In this document: one piece after another, positions 1-12,077 of the stretch | How positions within the stretch are numbered: position 1 is the stretch's first letter | How the letters are laid out: the number at the start of each line of letters is the position of its first letter | From: Glaucostegus cemiculus | Taxonomy: Eukaryota | Direction: 5' to 3' | NCBI GenBank assembly: GCA_976551045.1 | Contig: CDPCPM010000107.1 | Span: 3,162,001 to 3,226,000, forward strand | DNA length: 64,000 nucleotides | Program-made: the position numbers and the translations under genes | The notes under the pieces: model-generated | Seen by the model: only the letters and a program-made list of their open reading frames with translations | Databases searched by the model: none | What the model was told of the DNA's origin: nothing

Positions 1-631
1 GCTTCTTGTTACACAAGAAGCCACAATTTTTATAACATTCTATTGGGAATTTAGATTCTGGAAAAGACCATAGTCTTTCTGAAGACGCCTGTAAATTACA
101 ATATGATATTTTTGGCACAAACAAATGAAGCCTGATAACTATTAATAACTACCTTTGTTTGATCTTCGCTCTAGGATTGATTTATGTAATTTATTTGGAA
201 CCTGGAGTATTATTCCTTAACCTACAAAAACAGCTGCAGAATCAATATGGAACGTCAATGACTTCTGTGCTGCAGGATCTCTTCCCCCCTCAATTCAGCA
301 CTAACTCGGATAAGATTCTGCACTGTACATTTAACACATAACAAACAATCTGCATCATTTACTCAGTGTGAAGACATTATTCTGAGCAAGTTCATTTACC
401 TAGCTGGATTGGAAGGTTAACCAGCTAACCGAGGGAAAAGGCATAAAAATGGATGAAGGAACAGCTTTGATACAAAAAATTTAAATGAGCACTTTTCTTT
501 CTTTTGATATTCATTAGTTTATTATAAATTAAAAAAAAGGCAGTCTTGAATTTTTAAGCATTTATCTGTAGAAGATGGTTGTACATCTGTCACCAAAGTG
601 GTCCACAAAGAAAAGAATAATTTTGACTTAC

Positions 632-753
632 CCATGTTGCTGAGGGAGTAGCTTGGGGAGGGAGCGAAGACTTGGGCTGCAAAATCTTCAAATGGCATGA
701 TCTCTTTGTGTTGCTGAACTATTGCTTCAACATACTGAGCTCTTTCTTCATAA
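632..753 (-). CDS. RALGAPA2: RALGAPA2 next coding exon (122 bp), near the C-terminus
   Basis: The first T completes the Phe codon from the previous exon, then [40 protein letters not shown] plus G. Acceptor ACACAG|T at 754/753; donor G|GTAAGT at 632/631. Phase matches the upstream exon (QS-F-YEER). The terminal exon was not identified in the window. Confidence 0.95.
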
Positions 754-2319
754 CTGTGTAATTGGTTAAAGAAATATCCAAAAACAAGTGGAAGTGAACA
801 TAACAAAAATCTCGTGCGATGCATAAAATGCCAGTTCTAACACCTGTATTTTTCTAACTGCCAAGCAGCAGAATATTTATACAACTGCAAGACTTTCTGT
901 TGAAGACTCTGTTCTCATCAAAATTTCACAACTTCTTAATAATTCTAAACGTAACAAGAAATTTAAAAAATAATTAACTGCATTCTGAAAACTTTTCATC
1001 ATGAATTTTGTGTTGACAATAGAAAGTCATCAATTTTAGTTACTGCCAGTGTCTCATCCAGTATAATGTGTTTTTGTACATTTAAATAGAAATAAATAAT
1101 TCATTCAGTTGAAGGAACAAACTCCGTAATAATGACAGATGGTGGAACAAAATTTACAAATTTTAAATTGCAATCTATTTGCCATTGTACCCTTTCACAG
1201 AAGTTAACCTATTTAAAAACATTCACCAGAATGCACAGGGAAATGGAACAAGCAAATTAAGGCAGAGAGCACAAAGCTCTGATATTGTTATTCTTTTATT
1301 ATACGTGATTATTGTGTAAGCAGTGCAGACCCAGGTGCAGAAATGTTCAGTAAGTCCTAGCCATACAATTTGAACAGAACTCTCACTGCAACATGCTATA
1401 AAACTTGGGATCAATCAAAACCATTTAAAATTAATTTAACATAAACACTTTGGAATACATCACTTTACTGCCGAACAGTTTTCAATTTCAGTGTGTCATA
1501 GTTAATAATCAGCACGTGCCAGACCTGCCACAAAATATTACTTAAGACTGGGAGCTTCAAGAACAAACTAAAAAACCCACACAAGAAATACACTCTGTCA
1601 AAAATCTGATTACATTATCTGCAATAAAACACCACTAAATTGCTTCCCTATGACCAGGGTAAAACTTGCAACTGCTGCAGTAATCAAAAACCAGTCAGCA
1701 ATAACTTAAAAGCGTGACAGAGTTCAACAACCTTCCAGCTGCCCTAATAGGACCCCTGCTTGTAGCTGCTTTTCATGACACACTGTGGAGAGCTTTAATT
1801 TTCTTCTTTGTGTAAAGTTTCACACTCTACAAAAGAGGTTGAAAACACAGTTATAAATCACATACAAAACGCAGGCCCTTGTAAAATTTGATGTTATCTT
1901 TAACACTCCTTAGAAAGTCAAGTTGATGTACCAATTTGGGAGTCCAAATGCAAATGCATAGAAGTACAGCATAAGAATAACCTGAAATGGAAAAAATAGT
2001 CAACTGTTACTTTTGGAAGTTTTAGTATAGCTTTCTGGCAAAATTAGATAAAGTACTGTTTAGATACATTAAAGTTTTCTTCAGGGATTGGGCTGGGAAG
2101 GGTGGGTGCTGCTTATAAAATCTAAAGTTATGTGTTTTCTGGAATAATGGAAGATAACAAGAAAGATTTAAACATAATAGAGTAAAAAAATAAGTTTACA
2201 AATTACTTAATCATATAGTGATGCTCTTTAAATGTAAAATTATTTTGCATGCTCACTATTTAGTCTGGAGTTGAAATATGGACCCTATGAGATTTATTGA
2301 TGGCCTTTCTACACAGACT

Positions 2320-3020
2320 CAAATTCTGATGACCCTAGTTAATGAATAGCCTGCTTAATTTGGTAAGACCAGAGGCACACATTTCTGTCAATTCTTTAGG
2401 GACCAACTGATGCCATTCACAAGTCATTAGATGTCGTCTTTTTCTGAAATGCATGCAGGCTGTTGCTGGGTCTTTCCACTCCATATTGCCACAGCAAGCC
2501 ACTGGCCTCGTCAACAGCAGGCTGTTGGGCTGGTGTGTCCTTCTGGCGAACAGGCGCTTTGACACTAAGCTGGCACGTGCTGGCGCAGCAGGAGCAGGCT
2601 TGGGCGTGACAAATTGTTGAAAGAGCTGAGCTAAAGTTGAGGCCGTGAGCCACCTGAGCCTCAGGCCCTCTATGGGCCTGTCATCAGTTGCCAATTCATT
2701 GCTTGGCCAATAGGCTGTAGTCAGCTTCTGGGCTCAGTTTAAACAAGGCAGAAACAATATATAGCTCTTTCAGGCGATGGCTAATAACACCCTGCTGTTT
2801 AATGAAAGGCCCTGCATAACTAACACATAAGAATACAATGCAGCACACAACAGCTAACAAAACAGAGACATTCACTAAATAATGTATGCAAAGACAGTAA
2901 GACCAGGGACTCCAAATTAACGTAGACCCAAATGATCTAGTACAATAGCCAGTTCGCTCATGAAGGCAGGCAGGCAGGCAGTAATGTGGACCGTGACAAC
3001 ATGCATCAAATCTGGAAGGA
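2320..3020. promoter_or_regulatory. Candidate conserved non-coding element / enhancer
   Basis: Repeat-free block, more GC-rich than its flanks and retaining CpGs. Contains several TGACA/TGTCA (TALE-homeodomain) sites, a palindromic GCACGTGC E-box, CCAAT and TAAT motifs. Conservation not tested. Confidence 0.45.
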
Positions 3021-4394
3021 AAAAGCAGGAACAATGATAGCATACTGCACATATATTAGGACTTTGCCCCAATGTATATTTTAACCCTTAACATGGCCAC
3101 TGCACTGTTTTTAATATAGCATTTTGTTGTTTATTCAAAATACCTTGGTACAAAACAGTAGCACAGTAAGTTTAATGCCCATGTTTGCAGATCTTATGTT
3201 GTGAGGCTGCAAATTAAAAAAACTAAATAAGCTGAAATCTAAATAAAGATTGGTTGCTTAAGACCAAAACTGCTGCTTCATTTATTAATAACATTGTCAG
3301 AAGTTGTGACATTTCCAATGTACATATTAAAACGATAACAAAAGGCCTTGATATTTATTAGTCTTTTAAAATTTTACACATAATTGCATCATGGTGTTTC
3401 TGTGGTTCGGCTTACTGTTTCTCCAGTATTGATTGTCTACATTAAACACAAATAGCTTTTTAAAAAGAGGAGACAGATTATCACAATCAAAGAGGAAGCA
3501 TAATTAACCAGTTAATGTTCACAATCATATGTAATGACTATATTTCAAGATGCTGCAGACATTTAGACACTAAATGTTTAGAATATTAATGATATTTGAT
3601 ATGTTAATTATCTTTCCTTATGATACTTAAATGAATTATAAATAAACAATAATTATCAAATAATGGATGAAAAAATTCCTTTACAATTCAATTAATTCCT
3701 TATGTTGCAGCTCGTAGGATAACAGGAATGGAAAAAGCACATCAAGTCCTTGTTGTCATAGTAACTGATGTCACTAAGAATGAGTCACTTTGAGAGCAAG
3801 TACATTAGCAAAGACCATAAACACACAGCCATGCAAAAAAAAAGCCACCGTAAGAAATACATCAAAAATATTACCTCAGCAAAGTGAAAAAGTACAGTTG
3901 TGGAAGCCATTAGGAACAGGATTTCTCTCCAGTCTCATTAAAAATTGAGTTCTCTCAAAAATGAGGCTACACAATAAAATAAATTAGGAAAGGACAAAAG
4001 GTAAATAAAGCCATATGGTCCCCCATTATCATAAATGCAGATAATTTCTACATGGTTGCTACTGAGATTGCTTGCCTAAATATTGACTAAAGTAAGAGCA
4101 GACATGATTTCCGTAGATAGGATACACCTACGCAGCAAAATTGTTTGCTTTAAGCCGAACAGTCTGCAACATTACTAACTAAGTAACAGTGAATAAATGT
4201 AACTGAAACAATACACACTGAAATGCAGTTTTTAAATAGTGTATTTGCCCAGCTGTTCCACAGAAAGCTACACCAAAAATATTTTCAACTTACTGACCTT
4301 TGTTTCTCAAGTAAATCAGAAAAGTAACTCTATTATGAGAACCCGACACTTTGCTATTCTACCTTCAATGATTCCAAATTGTATATCGGATGCT

Positions 4395-4640
4395 TTAACA
4401 CAGAAAGCATCAGGTTCAATTCCTGTTCCGTATTATATTGTCACAGCTGAGGTGGCCAAAAGGTTGCTATATATCAGATAGGAAGGGAAAAAACTAATCA
4501 GGCCTCATATTTGCTATGAAGTGACAAAGGACTCCTGCCTATTCTCTGCATGAGATGTTAGGTTTCAATCCATTAAGACACAAGATACTGATACAGAAAT
4601 TGGCAAAGGCTGGATAATATCAAAATCGCTTGGTTGAAAA
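4395..4640 (+). mobile_element. Old tRNA-derived SINE remnant
   Basis: B-box-like GGTTCAATTCC near 4412 in a tRNA-head-like context; the body is too decayed to assign. Confidence 0.3.
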
Positions 4641-5559
4641 CCAAGATTTATTATTGTGAACAAACTGCAACTAGGTAATTTCCACAGAAGCCATTCTCGT
4701 ACAGGACAGTTGACTTGCTGTGGACTTTATTATTTTATGAATGCGTAGCTGAATTATACTTTTTCCCCATATGTTATATGCTTTTTATCACGTCATTAAA
4801 CATAAAATGTAATAGCTTTGTGCTAGCAAAAACATTGAACTATGCTGAAGGCTTGTCAATCAAAGAACATTTGATATTGTAGTTAATACTCCACTTAATC
4901 TGGCAATTGATTACTGCAATAAAGACAAAATTCTGGACAATTTTCCAGCATCTGTAATCTTTTTTAATTTTCATGCATTTGCTGAAAACAGGATTACAGT
5001 AAATTTCAGGGCAATCTATCATTGTTATGGGAAATATAACTTCTGGATCAGAGGAATAAGGTCTGCTTATAGCATCCACTGTTAAACTATCAAAGAGCAA
5101 AAAGAGAAAATGAATATATACACAAAAAAAATCTAAACCTTTAATACCCTGCAAAGAATGGGTGCTCGGAAGAGGTACTTGAGGATACCTAGGCTATGCA
5201 GCAGCTGAGGCCTTCAGTGTAAGAGATTTGGAGGAAAAGGAGAAAAATAAACAAAAATAGTGCCTACCTATCATTTCCCAACTATCTAAAATTAGTATTC
5301 TTATTTTCCTATTAGCAGTCTGAAAATATGGTATTACCTCGAGTATTCAAAAATGTGCCTCAAAACATTTTAATTAGTTTTGAAATGTAGTCACTGTTAG
5401 ACCACAGGAAACATAGCAACCAGCTAAACCCCAGCCAGCTCTTACAAATAATAATGTGATAATGATCAGTCAATCTGTTGATTCTGGAATAAAAATTGAC
5501 CAGGATGCCAAGGATCCCATCCTTGATCTTCTTCAAATCGTCCTGTGTGGAAATTAACA

Positions 5560-5912
5560 GGTGGGCAGAGAAAAAAAAATTCAAGCATGTGTTCAAAACT
5601 TCTTTGAAGTGTAACATCTCCACTCACTCCTGGCAATCTCTGCCCTGTGACAACTCAGTAGGAGGAGGAACACTTGGGAGGGCGTGGAGAACCTCAAGGC
5701 CGTGCATCAGGACCCCACAGAAGTCATACATGGGCGGCAGGAGAAGTGCACCACCTTACAAACTCCCTACCTGCCTATGCTGTCAGCCACCTCCTGCCCC
5801 ATCTGTGAAAGAGCCTGTTTTGGCCACAGCAGCTTCCTCAACAACCCCCCCACCCCTCAAAAATTACAGTGAAAGTAAATCATCCTCAAACCCAAGAAAC
5901 TGCCTCATAGAA
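5560..5912 (+). mobile_element. RTE-clade LINE, 5'-truncated 3' end
   Basis: Translates (K)KKFKHVFKTSLK-CNISTHSWQSL..., later SCPICERAC, resembling the RTE ORF C-terminus (RKRFKDxLKxSLK...CxxC). Ends in GTGAAAGTAAATCATCCTC...AACTGCCT, shared with the copy ending at ~10608. Confidence 0.7.
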
Positions 5913-6194
5913 TTAGGAGACTCACCAAGAAGTTCCTACAAATAACATAACGATGATCAGATGATCAGTTGATTCAGGAATAAACATCGACTAGGATGCC
6001 AAGGATCCTACCATAATCATTTTCAGAACTGCGCTCACATAAGCAGCCAGCTGCTACATTTCCCACCCACCCCCACCCCTCCTTTAGGATATAAATGGTT
6101 CACCTACCAGCCAAATGTTACGTTAGTGATAACCTGAAGTCCCTGGAACCCAGCACTGTATCATGCACAAAATGATAAATACCTTGAGTGATGT

Positions 6195-6300
6195 AGACTA
6201 GGCCTAATGTTGCATCTGAAAGATGGTAACCTCAGTGTAGAAGTTCTTTAGAACTGCATTGGATGTCAACCAGAAATTTGAAACTGATAAATCGAACACC
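6195..6300 (-). mobile_element. Deu-domain SINE remnant (SacSINE1/AmnSINE1-like)
   Basis: CATCTGAAAGATGGTAAC...CAGTGTAG...ACTGCATTGGATGTCAACCAGA resembles the antisense Deu core as I recall it (CATCCGAAAGACGGCACC...CAGTGCAG...ACTGCACTGGAGTGTCAGCCTAGA). Confidence 0.45.
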
Positions 6301-9300
6301 AATAACGCTGAGATAAAGATAGTTCAGAAAACTATAGCAATGTATGCTTTTCCCATTTCGGTCTAATTTCACATTATGTAATTAAGCTTGAGACGGCTAA
6401 TGAATCTAATTCAGGCAAATTTGATATAACTATGACATAAAAATATATATTTCCTACTCAAAAGCTTTAACTGGGAAGGGTCATGGAATTTTCCTTGCCA
6501 TTAGCTAGCATTTTCACAACCAGTTGAGTCCCAGCTTCCAACTGGGGCATAGCAAATATTCTGCAATGATGCCCTTCGATAGGGACTGTTAACCAGTGCT
6601 ATTTGTTTGCATCTTTGATTAAATGGTTGCATAGCAATGTGCTAAATGCCAGTTTTCTTGTTCAATGAGTTCCAAATGGAGAATGAGAGGGTAAATTAAA
6701 ATCATCTATAAAATAGCCCTCATTTTGTGCTTTTATCAAATTTAGAAGAAGTGAATCAATAAGGTCTGTGATGTTACTGAATAATGAATTGCCAGCTAAT
6801 TTTAAAAAAGGCACTGATATTCTATTTATATCATCATCTACTGTTTCAAAATGTTTTGATATATCAAGGTAGTTTAGACTATTCATGGGCAGAGGTGATT
6901 CACTCAATTCTGTTTTACCTTTTTCTTCTTTTTCCACTGATGGCCTTAACAGCAAAATATAATTGAATGTTTGACAAAGCCTAATTTAAATATTTAGTTT
7001 CATATCATTTGGTGCATTGATATTTGAACCTTAACCATTAAGCTTTCAGTATCCTCTGAAAACAGTTTTAAACTACTGGAGCGACATCAAAATCCTCAAA
7101 AGGTTACAGGCAGGTCTTATAACTTTTAGAAATTTAGAGTCAGATGTTGTAGTCTGGCAGGGAGAATAGGAGCTGTGATGATGCAGGAGCGAGCACTCAT
7201 ATCAGTTAGACCCATTTGCAAACAAGTTCTTCAGAAATACATTTGTTTCCTTATGTACCACATCTGCTTAAATAAAGCCATATACACCTATTCAGAGTAG
7301 GTAAGGAAGAAACTCTTAACTGTCCATTTATTGCTGATATGGATTTTTAATAGTGAGAACAAACAAATGCACTAATCTTAATAAAGGACTTCGTCATTTT
7401 GCTTCTTCAATGTTATCGAAAGATCTCCTTAAATGCATGCTTCAGTTGGGACTTTCATTAAGAAATGCCCTCAAATTTGAAGACAGGGCAGTTCTTCCAT
7501 AATTTAGTATTTTTTAATGATATCAATTTTTCCAGCATTATAATTTTGGTAACAAAGAAAACATTTTTTTCATTTAAATGTATAACAGTATGATCTTTTG
7601 CTACATGTAAATATTAAACAATTGCATAATTGTAGAGGAAATACTTGTTTGTTAAACATTTAGCCTGGTAATTCACTAAACTGTCCTTTGAATATCAAAC
7701 CAAAATTGCTTTATAGATGCAGAGAACTTCCTTTGGAACACGTTAAAAACATACTTGGTCAACCCACTTTGTTTTGCACATTTAACTTTACAGCTTCTAA
7801 CAGCTGTAATTTTATTAATATACAGAAATGGAGAAGGCAGCAGCATTAACTCAGCTGCAACAAGCTCTATTAAAGACTGAACTGCTGGCACAGGTATATC
7901 CCAGGAACCATAGCTCATTAACTTGTGGAGTTTCTACAGCTGTCAGTTGGAATGCCAGTGAAGTTCAGAAGTGTAGAACCTTGGGATTCTGCTCAAGTAA
8001 TACAGGCTCTCAGGTTCAACTTGAGTGAACTCAGATTGGAAATTCTTTGGGAGTTACTTTCTGCTTCTTCCACTTCTAGGTTTTCCTGTAGTAAGTCATG
8101 GGAGATGTAAAGTATGTCTACTCATATCTGGAGAGATGTGTTGTATTAAATTGCTTAAACAAATCAATCAACATTACTTTCCGCTGTTTGCGCAATGTAA
8201 TAATAGATATCACAGATGTCCAACACTGTTTTTGGTGGCCATTAGACAAGTTATATTAACTTGCAATTACTTTATTACTTAGCCTGCAGAACTTCACACA
8301 GTTTCAAAAGAACTATCAAGTACTTTGGGGAGAAATACATCATCCTGCACCTCCACTAGGTGGGCAGCTCAGAAGGCGGCAAAACAACCTTCTGGAAAAT
8401 GGCCTGGATTTTCAATTTGTAAAAGCAAATAACAAAGCTGTCAGTGTTCACTGACATTATACCATCAGATTGTCTGTAACTACTGGATGATTAGCATGTG
8501 TAGTCAAAGATAGTAGTCAGAAGATACTGTTAGTGATTCCCTGCTCCTTCACAGATTACATTGTTTGCTAGCCTTCTCCAATAGTAATCCTGAGAATTTA
8601 CATATATTTAACAATTATTCTCCCTTAAAATACACAGAATATGTTATGTTTGTTAATTGTTATGCCATAGAAATAGAATTTTATTTCTCTTTGGAGCTAA
8701 AAGAAATGTGTGTGTATATATTATACACACACACACAGGATTATAATTCTCTCAGACAAGTACAGAAGTTTAAAAATCTTCATGATATTTCACCTACTAC
8801 ACTTATATTAACCTACAAGTTCAATCCACATTTTGCATTTGGTTAAAAACATATTTTAGTTCCCAATTTGTCATGTCTGTGAACTATGACATTTCGTCAA
8901 AATGACTGGCAGCTCGGATAGTTTGATGACATGGTTGGTAGACAACAGAGATCCCCTAGAATTTATATTTGACATCAAATAATGTTGGAAAAGGGGAAAT
9001 CCACACAACATTGTTGGATCTTTGCGGGCAGCTTTCTTTGAGATTAGATTGAGCACACTGACCTCATGGTTGACTAAAATCCAAGCTATAACTTTCAGAT
9101 CTTGGCTCATAAAGCTGTAGTGGCCAAGAGCATCTTCTTGCGACAGAAGGGCATACAGTTCTACTACAGGATCTTCTTTTCAGCACTAAGCATGCAATTT
9201 TATGAAGATTCAAGTTGCCAGATAGCAGGGATTTGTACTTGATAATGATTATTTAGGGACCTACTTTTTCAAAGACTGATAGCAGTTTGTTGTCCAGCCT

Positions 9301-9559
9301 TGATTGAGAGTTGTCAGTTTCATGCTTTTCAATGCTATCTTTATGTTTGTGAATTTAAAGATCAGCATTATATTCAGCTAATCATATGTTCTAATATATT
9401 TAAAAAACAAGTGTAATACTGATAGAAAATTAAATGCGAGGGCAAACAGATGAATTGAGGATGATGATAAAGAAGAAATGGGAGGATATGGAGAAAAGGG
9501 CAAGTGAGCTAAATAATGCTTAGTATTTTAGGTGAGGTATGTGGACTGCAACCCTGAAA

Positions 9560-10140
9560 ACAGTGGAAATCAGTTTGGGAAGTGGCACTGACCTGAGGCA
9601 GTGTGGGCATGGGTTTTACTCCAAATATCTAAAGGTCAGTCGACTGCAGAGGAATGGGGCAGTAGAGGTTGGATGTTAGTTCCAATTAGACCCCAAAGAA
9701 GACAGTTGATGCAAAGGCACAATGAAATGACTGGTGCATTGAGAGGCCCGTGTTCAGTATCAAGGTACATGGAAAGTTGTGCAGGAATTTACGTAAAAGT
9801 TGATGCTCTCCCTGTTCCACATTCACTCACTGGCAGATCCAAATGAAATGAAGGGTCTTATTGCTGATATCATCACTCCCACTGCAGCACAGGAACACCC
9901 AATATCTCCATGCTGCAATAGAAGCGCAGACTGATGCCATGCTGGCTGCACCTCACACCATCTTGAAGGTGGATTACAGCAATGCAAAAGCAGCTTGCAG
10001 CGTGTCATAACATTCCAAAAATTTGCCCTCTGATAGAGCATCAGGATTGTTGAGGCATCACACAGCAGCAATGATCCCATGACATACAGACCAGTTGTTC
10101 TCTCTCAGTAACTGCAAAATGGTGAAAAATCAGAGGTCAT
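9560..10140 (+). mobile_element. Possible decayed PIF/Harbinger fragment
   Basis: ORF 9601-9846 contains GWMLVPIRP...QRHNE, weakly similar to the Harbinger transposase WLMTPLRxP...RYNEAH segment. Otherwise highly degenerate. Confidence 0.3.
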
Positions 10141-10607
10141 GTCAGATTTCATCCCCACTTAATTTGAACCTGCTGCAAGGTTTGCGAGTTATATATGTTC
10201 ACATAGTTTAATCATTTCCAATTCCATCAACCTAAACATGAAAAGTACTTTGACTCCTAATGCTTCTGTATATTTACCTTGGAATACTGCATACTATTAG
10301 GCAAAAAAATTCTGCTGATCCAAGTTTGATCATAATCAGAACTTGGCACAACATACCATCTCCACATCCGTGACCTCTTGCCTGGTTTATATACTAGATA
10401 GCTCTTCTCTATTATTGTTAAAGCTATGAATGCTACAATATGATGTTCTTTATAACCTATCAGCGCCTTTCAAATAAAGCTGACATTCAAAAATCAAGGG
10501 AAACTGTTTAATTTTGACCTGCGTTGTTTTCTCCTAATAAACTCATTAACACATCTGGAACTCCTAATCCAGAGTATAATAACAACAAATATAATAGATA
10601 CTGCATA

Positions 10608-11610
10608 CTTAGGGAGTCACTCAGAGTAACCTATGACTTACTTCCACTCCAGTTCGAAAGGGTCTAAATGTCTAATGAGGCCACTGTGAGACCCACAGAT
10701 TCTGCCAGAGGTGGAGTAGGTGCTTAACTGGGTGGGAGGGTTGGTCTTTTGAGAGGTGATGTTCTCTTCCACTGGGCTTTTTTTACTCCTGAAGGGATTT
10801 CCTGAATGTTTCTTCTCCATTTTGAACAGTCGTGAGCCAGAAATTCATGAGTTACTGGGGATGGTGCATTCTTTTCCAAGGCAGTTTTGAGATTATCCTT
10901 GAATACTTTCCTCTGTTGATAAGACAGTGGGATGCAGTAGGGATAGGTCAGTAGAGGACTTTGTTTTGCAGATGTCTGGTGCAAACTCGATTCTTCTATA
11001 TGCTTCCACAGATGAGTTGACAATGATATGGAGCTTGGTCTCTGAACATGCAGCTACACACGCAGCATTTGCATTCTTCAGCTCAATGACTGAGGTTGGA
11101 GTGACCCTTGCTTCTGAAGTAGAGGGAATGTAGGTTTGAACAGTTTCATATTGTTCCATCAACAAGTTCCACACCAGCATGAACCTTGTCGGAGGCAAAG
11201 TGCAGTATATCTGGCCTTGAATGAGCTCTGATTAGAATGTCTTTTGCAGGAGTCTGGTATCAGTCATACAAATGATGTGGCATCTACATTGGAGCTGGTT
11301 TGGAGTACTTAAAGTCTTGATGTTGGGTTGAGGGAGGATTCTGACATTGGTTCACTTACCTTGCCAGTGGATTTGGAGGATTTTTGCTTTGGGATGCCTG
11401 CTGCACAACTCTAAAGGATTCTGAAGGGTTGGAATCAATGGTGCTGACATACCATGAACTTTTAACCACGTTTGAGATTGCGATCTTCAAACACTTATTT
11501 CCTTAGATGACCAAAGGCTGTGCTCGTGCACTGAAGGCGATGATGAATTTTATCATCAATGAGCAGTGGCTCCTGAGATATGGAGTGATCCATGATTTCC
11601 AGGAATCTTC
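10608..11610 (-). mobile_element. RTE-clade LINE remnant (RT core, C-terminal domain and 3' end; internally rearranged)
   Basis: Minus-strand peptides: DDKIHHRLQCTSTAFGHLRK, KILQIHWQ, TPTSVIELKNANAAC (decayed ELQYADDAC), QRKVFKDNLK...LAHDCSKWRR and GRICGSHSGLIRHL. 3' terminus GGAGTGGAAGTAAGTCAT...GACTCCCTAAG. Confidence 0.8.
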
Positions 11611-11649
11611 CTCAGAAATTCATCTCAATCCTACATCAGTTACACGTTG

Positions 11650-12077
11650 GCACGCAAGCCATGATTTTCGCCAACAGATTAAAAAAAAGAAACATGAAGA
11701 TTGGTGTCAGGCAAAACTTTCAGTAACGCTGCACCTCACCACCAACAAATTTCTCACTGCAGTAGAGCTCACTGACAGGCAGGATGGGAAACTGTTCGGA
11801 GAGCATCATCTCCGCTTCAGAACCAAAGCCCCTCCAACCTCAGTCACTGAGCTGCAGGACAAAGACAACATTTCTCTCCTTGCACATTCAGAGTTGCAAG
11901 TTATCATCAACTTGTTCACTGAAGAATACAGCAGAACTACCAATCCACCCACACTACACATCGCAGTCCATTGCAATTGAAGTCCTATTGTGGGACTCTG
12001 GAAAATAGTTACCAGATCCCGTAAGCCACCTCTCAGTGAAGGCATACATCACTGATGAAATTCAGCAATGCCTTTCC
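11650..12077 (+). mobile_element. RTE-clade LINE RT segment, inverted relative to the adjacent copy
   Basis: Peptide VELTDRQDGKLF...RTKAPPTSVTELQDKDNISLLAHSELQVIINLFTEEY (RT core with decayed YADD), followed by LEN...HLSVKAYITDEIQQCL. Confidence 0.75.

Noticed and set aside
1-631. Terminal RALGAPA2 exon within the first 630 bp
   Set aside because: No acceptor followed by a convincing short C-terminal coding end was identified. The last exon probably lies outside the window.
3560-3580. Short perfect inverted repeats (ACATTTAG/CTAAATGT here; similar ones near 61-80 and 15566-15586)
   Set aside because: Stems of 7-8 bp are expected by chance in AT-rich DNA, and bacterial-type terminators are irrelevant here.
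8353-8368. CTCF-like motif CCACTAGGTGGGCAG
   Set aside because: It has an extra G at a strongly conserved core position (GGC expected), and a single imperfect match is not supportable.
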